DNA of 63,751 nt, filler included. It is 5 parts of 5 records of this genome, joined end to end, with 100 filler letters (N's around TTAATTAATTAA, not from the genome) between each part and the next. Parts side by side here need not be neighbours in the genome. Positions count along the whole stretch, not along the records: positions 29,893 to 42,304 come from DRR723986_5769; positions 42,405 to 54,519 come from DRR723986_5770; 3 more parts are not named here. One strand, given 5' to 3'. Below, one piece after another: positions 41,504-51,033 of this stretch. The notes below the pieces were generated by a model that saw only the letters and a list, made by a program, of their open reading frames with translations, had not been told where the DNA came from and did no database searches. Made by a program: the position numbers and the translations under genes. How positions within the stretch are numbered: the stretch's first letter is position 1; each line of letters opens with the position of its first letter.

Positions 41504-42072
41504 GTATTACTCCTTCACACATCATTCAGTACTTATACTGCCCACGCTACATCTACTACGAATATGTCATGCGTCTCTCCGAACACGAGGAAAAGTACTA
41601 CAAGGTAGTCAAGGGCCGTGACATGCATGCTGCCAAGCAGGAAGTGAACGCTGACTACTTACGCAAAAAACTTGGAGTCAAGGCGCGGCATCACGCGCAG
41701 TACTTAACAAATGCGCAGTTACGCGGTGAGGTGGATGAAGTTCTGGAGTTAAGTGATGGCACGATGGCACCGCTCGACTATAAGTTTGCGAAGTGGGAAG
41801 AGCGCATGTACGCGGGCTACCGCACTCAATTGCATTGTTACGCAGTTTTGATAGAGGAAAACTTTGAATATCCGGTTCGCAGGGGCTACATCGTATACAT
41901 TCGAAGCAACAACCGGGTGGTAGAAGTCCCGATTGAGCCGAAATACTTACAAGGGATCAGGGACTCCATTGCGGCCATCATGGATATAGTAGAACACAAT
42001 CGTTTCCCTGCGGCAACCAAGTACGTCAGCCGCTGCCGAAACTGTTCATTCCGTTCAATTTGCCCTCAATAG
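41500..42072 (+). CDS. cas4: Cas4 RecB-like nuclease
   Basis: YCPR, RGEVD, PLDYK, QLHCY and C-terminal CRNCSFRSIC Fe-S cysteines. Confidence 0.93.
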   Translation: MSITPSHIIQYLYCPRYIYYEYVMRLSEHEEKYYKVVKGRDMHAAKQEVNADYLRKKLGVKARHHAQYLTNAQLRGEVDEVLELSDGTMAPLDYKFAKWEERMYAGYRTQLHCYAVLIEENFEYPVRRGYIVYIRSNNRVVEVPIEPKYLQGIRDSIAAIMDIVEHNRFPAATKYVSRCRNCSFRSICPQ

Positions 42073-42277
42073 CGGATTCCCGGGTAGCAAATTATGGCGC
42101 TTTAGCTTCGCTGTGCGCCTATCTTCTTGTTTATCAATGTGTTAGGAGCGTTGAAGTCAGCGCACATAGTCCAAAAAGCATCCATATTGTTGAATATGAG
42201 CCACATTTTTCTTACATTTGACCCACATTTTGAAACTGCTAGTTCCTTGAAAACCAAAGACTTAGGGCAAACTACGG
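42073..42277 (+). promoter_or_regulatory. Putative CRISPR leader
   Basis: Non-coding, AT-rich 205 bp between cas4 and the repeat-like sequence. Confidence 0.65.
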
Positions 42278-42304
42278 GTCCGAGACCTTAAATCCGATTA
42301 ACAT
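42278..42304 (+). CRISPR. First CRISPR repeat, truncated by contig end
   Basis: GTCCGAGACCTTAAATCCGATTAACAT resembles the 5' part of ~37-nt repeats ending GGATTGAAAC; only one partial copy, no spacers visible. Confidence 0.6.
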
Positions 42305-42404
42305 NNNNNNNNNNNNNNNNNNNNNNNNNNNNNNNNNNNNNNNNNNNNTTAATTAATTAANNNNNNNNNNNNNNNNNNNNNNNNNNNNNNNNNNNNNNNN
42401 NNNN
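42305..42404. other. Artificial contig linker
   Basis: N44-TTAATTAATTAA-N44. Confidence 0.98.
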
Positions 42405-42583
42405 CCGTTCTCGGCGATCTCGGGCGCGGTCAGGATGATGCCGCCTTCGGATGCTTCCGCGCCGCCGGTGAAGGCGGCCATTGCATCATCGAGTGCGGTT
42501 GCCATGGCCGAGCGCGGCAGGATGCCTGCCACGGCCGCGGCGCTCATCGCCGTAATCAGCGCTTGTCTGCGCGTCAGGTTCAT
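42405..42583 (-). CDS. soxY: SoxY sulfur carrier, 5' part only
   Basis: Tat signal (LTRRQAL) and LTAPEIAEN motif; follows soxX. Confidence 0.9.
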
Positions 42584-42620
42584 ATCTGGTTCCTCCTGAA
42601 TCTCTGGTTCGTCCTGCGGG

Positions 42621-43085
42621 TCAGTCCTGAAGCGTCATCAGGTAGGCGACCACGTCTTCCACCTGTTGCGCCGACAGGATCGACTGACCCACGAAATCTT
42701 CACGAGGGCGAATGAACCCCTCGTTCACGTAGAATGCCGGCATGATCGTGTCCGGAAACACGTTCTTCGAATTCACGATGATGCCGCGCAGATCCGCTTC
42801 GGACCAACGGTCACCAACGCCATCGAGCATCGGACCCACCTCACCGTGGAACGGCTGATCGGCAAGTTCGGTGTTTTCATGGCAGGCAAGGCAGTTGCCG
42901 AGACGACGACCGGCAAATACTTCACGACCCGCAGCCGCGTCGCCGGGCACGCCCGTCAGCGAAGCCTCGACCTCTCCGTATTCGCCGAACACCACATCAG
43001 CAGGCGCAACCGCAACCTCGTCCGCAAGCGCCGGAGCGGCGATCATAAGCACGCCAGCTGCAAGAGCTGTAAGTTTCACGTCCAT
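42621..43085 (-). CDS. soxX: SoxX c-type cytochrome
   Basis: SLTGVPGD, GNCLACH, GEVGP, TIMPAFY. Confidence 0.93.
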   Translation of the reverse strand: MDVKLTALAAGVLMIAAPALADEVAVAPADVVFGEYGEVEASLTGVPGDAAAGREVFAGRRLGNCLACHENTELADQPFHGEVGPMLDGVGDRWSEADLRGIIVNSKNVFPDTIMPAFYVNEGFIRPREDFVGQSILSAQQVEDVVAYLMTLQD

Positions 43086-43144
43086 TCCTCCCGTTTGTAT
43101 TCTTCTGTCCACAATAGAGTGTGCGGACGATTCCTTGCAACATT

Positions 43145-43164
43145 AAATTCGCATTTATGAATTT
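43145..43164. promoter_or_regulatory. Putative SoxR operator in the soxW-soxX gap
   Basis: AAATTC-N8-GAATTT inverted repeat; SoxR is known to bind this intergenic region in alphaproteobacterial sox loci. Confidence 0.55.
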
Positions 43165-43191
43165 GTCGCGCAGGAATCTTGCTTGTCCCCA

Positions 43192-43767
43192 TCACTCGAT
43201 GATCCCCATTTCCGTAAGCCTTCTCGCATGATAGCGCTGAAAACCCTCGTCCGTGTCATAGCCGTGTTCTTGCACCCAATTGAGCAGATTGAAGGTGGTC
43301 CAGCCGCCAAACGCGCCGGGCATGGTGGCCACGCTGGCCTGTTGTGCGGTCTGATCTTCGGGCACCTCTTCCGGCATGAACATCAGCGTCGGGGTAAACA
43401 GAATGCCCCATCGGCGGGCGATTTCGCGTTCGCTCATCGCTTCGCCGTCGAAATCGGTGACCTCCAGGCTGCCATGCAGGTTCAGCCGGATGACGAAGAA
43501 ATCCTCATCCAGCATCGTGGCGATGTTTTCGCGGGAAAACACGTTCTCATGCATTTCGTTGCAGTAGATGCAGCCGCGCTGTTCAAACAGGATCAGCAGT
43601 CGCTGACCATTGGCATTGGCATCGCTCAGATCGTCGCGCAGGTCGAGAAAGGTCTCTTCGATCCAGTCCTCCACATGCAGGCCATTGTCATCGAGCTCGG
43701 CAAGCGCAGGCAGTGCCAGACATGCACCAAGGGCGAGCCCGACAAACCCTGAAATCAACTGCTTCAT
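43192..43767 (-). CDS. soxW: SoxW periplasmic thioredoxin
   Basis: FEQRGCIYC, FTPT; position between soxV and soxX. Confidence 0.88.
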   Translation of the reverse strand: MKQLISGFVGLALGACLALPALAELDDNGLHVEDWIEETFLDLRDDLSDANANGQRLLILFEQRGCIYCNEMHENVFSRENIATMLDEDFFVIRLNLHGSLEVTDFDGEAMSEREIARRWGILFTPTLMFMPEEVPEDQTAQQASVATMPGAFGGWTTFNLLNWVQEHGYDTDEGFQRYHARRLTEMGIIE

Positions 43768-43789
43768 GATGCGTTCCTCCCGAACATGC

Positions 43790-44527
43790 TTAGCCAATGC
43801 CCGACCAATCCGGGCCGTATTCGATCATCCATTGTGCGACGACATTGATCGAATCCGTCGCGATCAACACGGCGAAGACGATCAGCAGCACGCCCATTCC
43901 CTTTTCGACCTTGCCCATGTGACGGCGAAACCGCCCCATCCAGCGCATGAAAGGGCCGACGAAGGCCGCCGCCACGATGAACGGCAGCGTCATGCCAAGC
44001 CCGTAAGTCATCAGCAACAGCGCGCCCTTGGTCGCGGTCCCCGCATCGGCGGCGGTAAACAGAATGGCGGCCAGAACCGGCCCTACGCAGGGTGTCCAGC
44101 CAAAGGCGAAGGCCAGCCCGATGACATAGGCCCCGACAACGCCCTTGCCGCGATCCACCTGATTGTCGGCGCGCAACTGGCGATACAGGATCGGGATCTT
44201 GACCACGCCCAGAAAATGCAGCCCCATCGCCAGAATGATCCCCGCCGCAATCCAGCGCAGCACCGGCATCGCATCGCGCACCGCCTGACCAAAGGTCGAG
44301 GCTGCCAGCCCTAGCGCCATGAAGATGGTCAGGATGCCGAGGCTGAAGGCAATCGCAGGCAGAATCGCCTGACGACTCGCGCCACGGGATTCGCGGGCGG
44401 CGGCAAGGTCATCGGCGCTCATCCCGGCGAGGTATGACAGGTAGAACGGCACAATGGGCAGGATACATGGGGATAGAAAGGACAGAAGTCCGGCAAGGGC
44501 TGCACCACCGAAGCTGATGTCGAACAC
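43790..44527 (-). CDS. soxV: SoxV (CcdA-family thiol-disulfide transporter)
   Basis: SFLSPCILP, FGWTPCVGP; GTG start. Confidence 0.9.
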   Translation of the reverse strand: MFDISFGGAALAGLLSFLSPCILPIVPFYLSYLAGMSADDLAAARESRGASRQAILPAIAFSLGILTIFMALGLAASTFGQAVRDAMPVLRWIAAGIILAMGLHFLGVVKIPILYRQLRADNQVDRGKGVVGAYVIGLAFAFGWTPCVGPVLAAILFTAADAGTATKGALLLMTYGLGMTLPFIVAAAFVGPFMRWMGRFRRHMGKVEKGMGVLLIVFAVLIATDSINVVAQWMIEYGPDWSGIG

Positions 44528-44555
44528 GCGCTTGCCCTCCCCTGCACTTGCCATA

Positions 44556-44585
44556 TTCACACATTCAAAATACATTATATGTGAA
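44556..44585. promoter_or_regulatory. Putative SoxR operator in the divergent soxV-soxS gap
   Basis: TTCACA-N18-TGTGAA AT-rich inverted repeat. Confidence 0.55.
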
Positions 44586-44596
44586 AGGCGTCAATC

Positions 44597-44986
44597 ATGA
44601 GTATGCGAATGAATGCCACTATCCTTGCCTCTGCCGCCGCTGCTTTTCTCGGGCTGACCAGCCTTGTCGCGGCCGATACTGCCCTTGTCATGGTCGAACA
44701 GGATGGCTGCATCTATTGCCGCCGCTGGCATGCGGATGTGGGCGAGATCTACCCGCTGACAGAGTTCGCCGAAACCGCGCCGCTGCGCATCGTGGACCTG
44801 CACGATCTGCCCGATGACCTGATCTTTGCGTCGCGCGTCGTGTTTACGCCGACCTTCGTTCTGATCGATGACGGGCGGGAAATTGCCCGCGCCGAAGGCT
44901 ATGTCGGGGACGAGCTGTTCTGGATGCACATGGAGTTGCTGGCTCGCGAATTGGAAGCGGCCCGGACCGGGGCCGAAACGCAATGA
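44597..44986 (+). CDS. soxS: SoxS periplasmic thioredoxin
   Basis: MVEQDGCIYCRRW, FTPTFVL, GDELFW. Confidence 0.88.
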   Translation: MSMRMNATILASAAAAFLGLTSLVAADTALVMVEQDGCIYCRRWHADVGEIYPLTEFAETAPLRIVDLHDLPDDLIFASRVVFTPTFVLIDDGREIARAEGYVGDELFWMHMELLARELEAARTGAETQ

Positions 44987-45202
44987 TACGCCCGACATCG
45001 CCAAGCCCCCCGCATGACTGCGCAAGCACCGCTCCCTGCGTCGCCAATGCGGTCATCGGTGCTCAAACAGAGGTCACACTGTCAGCAAACCATCTGAAAA
45101 CCTTCGTAAACACTAGACTAGTGCCATGCATTCGGTCCATATGCCCCGCAACCGTGTCGAAAGGCGCGAACCACCCGATCAGACGGAAATGGGCGAGGAC
45201 AT

Positions 45203-45550
45203 ATGGCGCTTCCGGCGCAGCTAGCGGACCTTGAGGACGACGAGATGGAGCGGCTTGCCGAAAACGCAACCGAAGCTGCCCAGTTGCTCAAGGCTGTCAG
45301 CCATGAAGGCCGCCTGATGATCCTGTGCCATCTGGCCACCGGCGAAAAATCCGTCACCGAACTGGAACAGTTGCTCCATGCGCGTCAGGCTGCCGTGTCG
45401 CAGCAACTGGCACGGTTGCGGTTGGAGGGTCTGGTTGCGACACGACGCGAGGGAAAGCTGATCTGGTATCGGTTGTGTGATGATCGTGCCATCAGAATTC
45501 TTGAACTCGTCTACGAGATGTTCTGTAATCCCGAGGTGCCCGAGGCCTGA
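45203..45550 (+). CDS. soxR: SoxR ArsR-family repressor of sox genes
   Basis: LKAVSHEGRLMILCHL...AVSQQLARLR, C-terminal YEMFC; sox context. Confidence 0.88.
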   Translation: MALPAQLADLEDDEMERLAENATEAAQLLKAVSHEGRLMILCHLATGEKSVTELEQLLHARQAAVSQQLARLRLEGLVATRREGKLIWYRLCDDRAIRILELVYEMFCNPEVPEA

Positions 45551-45585
45551 CCGAAGGTGGCCCGGTGCGTTTGGGAGGACGCCTG

Positions 45586-46638
45586 ATGCCAGAGATTTCC
45601 GACGCCGGACTTGCGGCCCTGATCGGGCTTGCCATGGGCGTTATCCTCGGACTGGCCTCGCGGATCGGCAAGTTCTGTTCGCTTGCCGCGATCGAGGACG
45701 CCACCTATGGGGGCAATGACAATCGGTTGCGGATGTGGGGCATTGCCCTTGGCGTTGCCATTCTGGGCAGTCATCTGCTGATGGTGGCGGGCCTGCTGGA
45801 CCCGGCGGATGTCTATTACCTGACCACCTGGACGATGACCGGGGCCGTTGCTGGCGGACTGCTGTTCGGCATCGGCATGGCCCTTGCCGGCAATTGCGGT
45901 TTTGGCGCCTTGGCCCGGATCGGCGGTGGAGATTTCCGGTCCGGTGTCGTGGTCGTGACCATGGGGATCATGGCCTATGCCACCATTTCCGGCCCGTTGG
46001 CCGGTCTGCGACTTGCCCTGTTTCCAAGCCGGGGGTCCGAGACGCCATTGGGCATCCCACAGTTGATCGAAACCAATACCGGGCTGCCCCCTTTGGCGAC
46101 GGCAGCCATCGTCGCGGCAATCCTGACCGGGGTGGCCCTGCGCGGTGCGGACTGGTCAGAATTTCGCCGCCATGCCATCTGGGCCGCCATCGTCGGCCTG
46201 ACCATCGCCGCCACATGGGGCGCGATGCAATGGCTGCATTTCGAAAGCTTCGAGGCCATCGGCGTTGCCAATCACACATTCGCCGCCCCGATCGGAGAAA
46301 CCATTCTCTTTGCCATGACCTCCAGCGGGTCTGCCGTATCATTCGGCATGGGGTCGGTTCTGGGCGTGGTCGCGGGGGCCTTTCTGGGCAATACGCGCCT
46401 TGGTCATTTCCGGTGGGAGGCCTGTGATGATGCCCGCGAACTGGGTCGGCAGCTGGTCGGCGCCTCGATGATGGGCGTGGGCGCGGTTCTGGCCGGTGGC
46501 TGTTCCATCGGACAGGGTCTGTCGGCATTCTCGGTTCTCAGCATCTCGGCCCCTATTGTTCTGATCAGCATCTATGCAGGCGCCCGGATCGGGCTGCATT
46601 TCCTGATCTACGGCCAGGGTTTCCGCAACGCGGACTAA
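45586..46638 (+). CDS. soxT: SoxT (YeeE/YedE sulfur-compound transporter)
   Basis: KFCSL, GNCGFG, GGCSIGQG conserved Cys motifs; soxSRT order. Confidence 0.85.
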   Translation: MPEISDAGLAALIGLAMGVILGLASRIGKFCSLAAIEDATYGGNDNRLRMWGIALGVAILGSHLLMVAGLLDPADVYYLTTWTMTGAVAGGLLFGIGMALAGNCGFGALARIGGGDFRSGVVVVTMGIMAYATISGPLAGLRLALFPSRGSETPLGIPQLIETNTGLPPLATAAIVAAILTGVALRGADWSEFRRHAIWAAIVGLTIAATWGAMQWLHFESFEAIGVANHTFAAPIGETILFAMTSSGSAVSFGMGSVLGVVAGAFLGNTRLGHFRWEACDDARELGRQLVGASMMGVGAVLAGGCSIGQGLSAFSVLSISAPIVLISIYAGARIGLHFLIYGQGFRNAD

Positions 46639-46724
46639 GCGTTTCCGCAGAAGTCTTTGTGATCCGGCCATATTCCCCTAGACTTCGCCCAAGGCGGGGG
46701 CCGAAGGGAACAAGGCGGGCGCAA

Positions 46725-47798
46725 ATGGCAATCGACTGGAACAAGGAACGCCAGAACGGCTTTGTCCTGCTGGTGCTGCTGGCGTGGCTGATCGGGGCCA
46801 GCCCGCATTTGATGGGATGGGCGCTTGCCGGGGCACCCCCCGATGCGCTGGTCTGGAACCTGACCCATTACCATGTCAGCTATCAGGAGTTCGGATTTCT
46901 GCGCAGGGGATTGATCGGATCTGCCATGGCCCCCCTGTTTGCTGTGCTTCCGGACGGGGGCCTTGCCGAATACGGCGTGATGCTCGGGCTGGATCTGCTG
47001 CTCTGCCTTGGGTTGGCTGTGGCTGCCTCCCGGCTGTTTCTACCGCTGGCGAATGCGGCCCCTGGACAACGGCTTTTTGCTGCGGCGGTACTCATCGCAC
47101 CTGCGGGGATGATGCAGATGGGCTATGATATGGCCCGGCTCGATCATGTGAATTTCGTGCTGACCGCGCTGGCGGTCGCTTCGGTGTTGCGGGGGCGGGC
47201 ATGGCTTGCTGCCATCCTCATGACCGCGGCCATGCTGGTGCATGAGGCCGTGCTGTTTTTCGGTGTCCCGGTTGTCATCGCCCTGGCCCTGCGCAGGTCG
47301 CTTACGGATACCGCCACCATCGCCCTGCCCGTGCTTGCCGCAGCCGCGGCGCTTGCGATCTGGGGAGGAACCGAGGCGGACCTGGCCACAGCCCTGCCGC
47401 CCGAGGCCAATCTCGCCGCGTCTGTCTGGAGCCGAGAGCTATTGGAACCCGCCCGAGGTTTCGCGCCGATTCATTACCTCGTGGCAGCCTACGCCGCGCT
47501 CGTGCCGCTGCTGCTGCTCCATCGCCACTACCGGCAAAACCAGGTTCCCCTTGACCTGCTGTTCATGGCCCCCGCCGCCAGCCTTGCGCTCTTCGCGCTC
47601 GGCGTTGACTATGGCCGCTGGTCGCATTGCCTGTTCTTCGCCGTGCTTCTGGTTCTTGCCGCCGCCCCGGCGCTTGGCCGTCAGCGGGGCGCAGACCTCG
47701 CGCCCCTGCCCGTCAAGATCGCCATAGCACCCTGGCTGCTGCCGGTTGGGCCTATCGGCATCGCGCTGCTCTACCCGTTCATCCCCTGGATCGTCTGA
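46725..47798 (+). CDS. Hypothetical polytopic membrane protein
   Basis: About 10 TM segments, FGFLRRGLIG, VHEA, DYGRW. Confidence 0.65.
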   Translation: MAIDWNKERQNGFVLLVLLAWLIGASPHLMGWALAGAPPDALVWNLTHYHVSYQEFGFLRRGLIGSAMAPLFAVLPDGGLAEYGVMLGLDLLLCLGLAVAASRLFLPLANAAPGQRLFAAAVLIAPAGMMQMGYDMARLDHVNFVLTALAVASVLRGRAWLAAILMTAAMLVHEAVLFFGVPVVIALALRRSLTDTATIALPVLAAAAALAIWGGTEADLATALPPEANLAASVWSRELLEPARGFAPIHYLVAAYAALVPLLLLHRHYRQNQVPLDLLFMAPAASLALFALGVDYGRWSHCLFFAVLLVLAAAPALGRQRGADLAPLPVKIAIAPWLLPVGPIGIALLYPFIPWIV

Positions 47799-47800
47799 TC

Positions 47801-47854
47801 CTTCATCTTGGACAAAATACCTCGGGGGGTCGCAGGGGGGCAGAGCCCCCCCGA
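47801..47854. repeat. Rhodobacteraceae-type REP-like intergenic element
   Basis: cttcatcttggacaaaatacctcgggggg...ggggggcagagcccccc hairpin; single copy here. Confidence 0.55.
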
Positions 47855-47923
47855 CGGCACGGCGAAGGCTCCCCTGAAAGGGGGGCTTGAGACGGGCCGT
47901 TCCGCCGCGACGCCTGCCACGGA

Positions 47924-48646
47924 TCACCCCGCCAGAATGACGCTCACCCGGCGGTTCTGACGGCCCTTTTTCTCGATCTTGCCAAGGGTCACCTTGCCGA
48001 TCTCGCCGGTGCGTCGCACATGGGTGCCGCCGCAGGGTTGCAGGTCGATCTGGCTCTTGCCCTCTTCTCCGATCCGCACCAGCCGCACCCGGCCCGCGCC
48101 CATGGGAGGCATGACCGACATCGTCTTGACCAGCCCCGGATTGGCCTCCAGTTCCGCATCCGTGATCCAGGTCTCGGTCACGGGCAGATCCCGGTCGATC
48201 AGCGCGTTCAGCTTGCCTTGCAGGACCATCTTGTCCTCGGGCGCGTCGGGCATGTCGAAATCGAGCCGGCCCTTTTCAGCGGAGATCGCCCCGCCGGTCA
48301 CCGGCAGAGGAATGACCACCGACAAAAGATGCAGCGCGGTGTGTACGCGCATATGGGCAAAGCGCCGGTCCCAGTCGAGCCGCTGTTCCACCGTCGCGCC
48401 AACGGGCGGTAGTTCCCCGGCCTCGGCAGGCACCATCACGATCTCGCCGCCCTCGCCCTTCACCGTGGTCGCAATCCGCAGCCGCCCGCCCGACCAGTCC
48501 AGCGTACCGCTATCGCCCGGCTGTCCACCGCCCTGCGCATAGAAGAGCGAGCCATCCAGCACTACGCCACCCTCATCCGTGATCCGCAGCACCGTTCCGG
48601 GCGCGGATTTTCGATAGGCATCTTCCATGAATAGCTGCTTGGTCAT
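47924..48646 (-). CDS. alaX: Alanyl-tRNA editing protein AlaX
   Basis: FYAQGGGQPGDSG, HMRVHTALH, QPCGGTHV. Confidence 0.92.
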   Translation of the reverse strand: MTKQLFMEDAYRKSAPGTVLRITDEGGVVLDGSLFYAQGGGQPGDSGTLDWSGGRLRIATTVKGEGGEIVMVPAEAGELPPVGATVEQRLDWDRRFAHMRVHTALHLLSVVIPLPVTGGAISAEKGRLDFDMPDAPEDKMVLQGKLNALIDRDLPVTETWITDAELEANPGLVKTMSVMPPMGAGRVRLVRIGEEGKSQIDLQPCGGTHVRRTGEIGKVTLGKIEKKGRQNRRVSVILAG

Positions 48647-51027
48647 CAGGACTGCTCCTCTTGCGGGGAGGCATCCGTGTCATCCCCGTCATCTTCAGTC
48701 TCCGTCCCGGTCAGGACGGTCGTGGTCTTCAATGCATCGGGATTGCGGATCCAGATATCGCGCTGTGCGAAGGGGATCTCGATCTTCGCTTCTTCAAAAC
48801 GCTTGGCAATCTCGTGGTTCATGTCGCTCTTCACGCTCAGCATCCAGTTCACATCCCGCAGGATCGCCCGGATCTCGAAGTTCAGGCTGTCAGCGCCAAA
48901 GCCTTGGAAGATGACATTGGGCGGCGGTGTAAGCAAGACCATCGGATGCGCCTCGGCCACCTCGCGCAGGATCGCCTCGACCTGCCGCGTGTCGGTGCCA
49001 TAGGCCACGCCCACGGGCACGATGACCCGTCCGGTCGAGTTGTGATGGGTCATGTTGGTGACCACGCCGGAAATCAGATCCGCATTGGGCACGATCACAT
49101 CGGACCGGTCGAAGGTTTCAATGCGCGTGGACCGGACCGAGATTTCCCGAACATAGCCCGCCGTGGTTCCGATCTGGATCCAGTCGCCTTCCTTGATCGG
49201 GCGTTCCACCAGCAGGATAATGCCCGACACGAAGTTCGACACGATGGCCTGAAGCCCGAAACCGATACCGACCGACAGGGCACCGGCGACAATGGCGATG
49301 GAACTGAGATCGATCCCCGCCACCGTAATCGCCACCAGAGCCGCAAGGAAAATCCCCACATAGCCGGTGCCGGTCACGACCGCATTGCGCCCGCCCGCAT
49401 CCAGTTTGGTCTTGGGCAGGACGGAATTTCGCAGGGTGCTCTGGATCAGCCGCGTCGCGGTGTAGCCCACGACAAAGACAATCGCGAAGCTGAGGAAACT
49501 GCGGGGGCTGATATGGACGCCACCAAGGTTGAACCCGAGGATCAGCTGTTCCCACAGATCCGCAAGCTGCGCCTCTCGCATCCCCCAGATCAAAGCGAAG
49601 ACCGGGACCGATGCCAAAGTCAGTAGAAAGCCGATCAGGGTCGGTGTCAGGGCCTCGTCCAACCCTTCCTGCCGGCCGGTCAGCGCGCCATAGACGTTGG
49701 CCACCAGCCGTTGCAGAACCCCCAGAAGCGCCAGCAGCGACAGCGACAGAACCGCGGGAAACAGAAAACTGGACCCGGCGGTGAAATATCCAACCCCAGC
49801 CAGAACCGGACCGGCAAAGCCAAGCAGAACAACCGCGCGACCGATCAGTCCGAAGATGCGGGTGCGCAGGCTGGCGGGATCTTCGATCTTGGTCTGGGCC
49901 CGCGCATGCAGGACCAGGAACCGACCAAGACGCGCCAACAGCAGGCCCGTCAGGATCACCACCGGGAAGAAGATCACCAGCCGTTCGGCAGGTTGAAACC
50001 CTTCACTTTCGGCAATCGCGTCCATAAGCTGCGACACGCCCATCAACAGGCCAAGCCACCCCGCGGTGCGCCGTCCCCGAGCCAGCCGGAAATCCGGCAG
50101 GTTCAGCGGCCTTGCTGCGGATTCCCGCGCTGGAAACACCTGACGCCCGATCCAGATGGCGACTGCCACGGTAATGGCGATCTGCGGGACCGCCGCAAGG
50201 ATGACTGAACTGCGCAATCCAACAAAACTGCTTTCCTCGACCGCCTGCGCCAGCGCGATCACGCCAAGCGCTGGCAGCCCATGCTGGGCCAAAGACAGGA
50301 AAAAGACCGACAACCGCGCCGTAGGTGAGGTTTCCTCCAGTTCCACCGGGCGGCGCATCATCCGGCCAACCCATCGCCAGCCGCGCAGGATCAGCACCAT
50401 GCCCACTAGCAGATAGAACAGAACCAGCGGTATGTTTTCCCCAAATTCCGCCTGATAGATGGGTGAGCTCCAGAGCCGCACATTCTCTGTCGCCAGAGCA
50501 TTCAGATAGGTAAAGACAGCCGAAATTGCCCCCGGCCAGTTGGCCGGGTTGATTGGCGACGGCTCCAAGGTCAGCAATGCGCCTGCCTGCCGCGACGCCA
50601 ACAGGCGATCAATCTCGCCAATCAGCCCCTGCGCGCGGCGCAATTCCGCCTCGGCCCGGCGTCCCGGCGCCTCCGCCTCGGCCAGCCGTGTGCCCAGATC
50701 GGCCCGCTGTGCTGCGATGGCGTCCGGTTCGGCGCTGCCATCTTCTGGCACCGGCCCAAGCGCCTCTATCTGCGCGCGAAGGGTTTCGATCCGCGCCGTA
50801 TTGGTGCTGGTCGCAGCGCGAAATTGTTCGCGAAATTCAACAAGCTGCGCGCGAAGCGTCTCGAACGCAGGGTCCGATGCCCGTTCGGAGTCGATCACCC
50901 CTTCCGCCCGGTCTGCGGTTTGGGTCCAAAGATCGTAGTCCGGCCCAACGGGCGTGTCCTGCGCCACAGCAAGGCTGGCAAGCGCGGTCAGGACGACCAG
51001 TGCGAGGGCAAAGAGCCTGCGGGTCAT
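48646..51027 (-). CDS. MscS/MscK-like channel with N-terminal DUF3772-type domain
   Basis: GALSVGIGFGLQ, NFVSGIILLVERPIKEGDWI, ISVRSTRIETFD. Confidence 0.9.
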   Translation of the reverse strand: MTRRLFALALVVLTALASLAVAQDTPVGPDYDLWTQTADRAEGVIDSERASDPAFETLRAQLVEFREQFRAATSTNTARIETLRAQIEALGPVPEDGSAEPDAIAAQRADLGTRLAEAEAPGRRAEAELRRAQGLIGEIDRLLASRQAGALLTLEPSPINPANWPGAISAVFTYLNALATENVRLWSSPIYQAEFGENIPLVLFYLLVGMVLILRGWRWVGRMMRRPVELEETSPTARLSVFFLSLAQHGLPALGVIALAQAVEESSFVGLRSSVILAAVPQIAITVAVAIWIGRQVFPARESAARPLNLPDFRLARGRRTAGWLGLLMGVSQLMDAIAESEGFQPAERLVIFFPVVILTGLLLARLGRFLVLHARAQTKIEDPASLRTRIFGLIGRAVVLLGFAGPVLAGVGYFTAGSSFLFPAVLSLSLLALLGVLQRLVANVYGALTGRQEGLDEALTPTLIGFLLTLASVPVFALIWGMREAQLADLWEQLILGFNLGGVHISPRSFLSFAIVFVVGYTATRLIQSTLRNSVLPKTKLDAGGRNAVVTGTGYVGIFLAALVAITVAGIDLSSIAIVAGALSVGIGFGLQAIVSNFVSGIILLVERPIKEGDWIQIGTTAGYVREISVRSTRIETFDRSDVIVPNADLISGVVTNMTHHNSTGRVIVPVGVAYGTDTRQVEAILREVAEAHPMVLLTPPPNVIFQGFGADSLNFEIRAILRDVNWMLSVKSDMNHEIAKRFEEAKIEIPFAQRDIWIRNPDALKTTTVLTGTETEDDGDDTDASPQEEQS

Positions 51028-51033
51028 GTTCCG

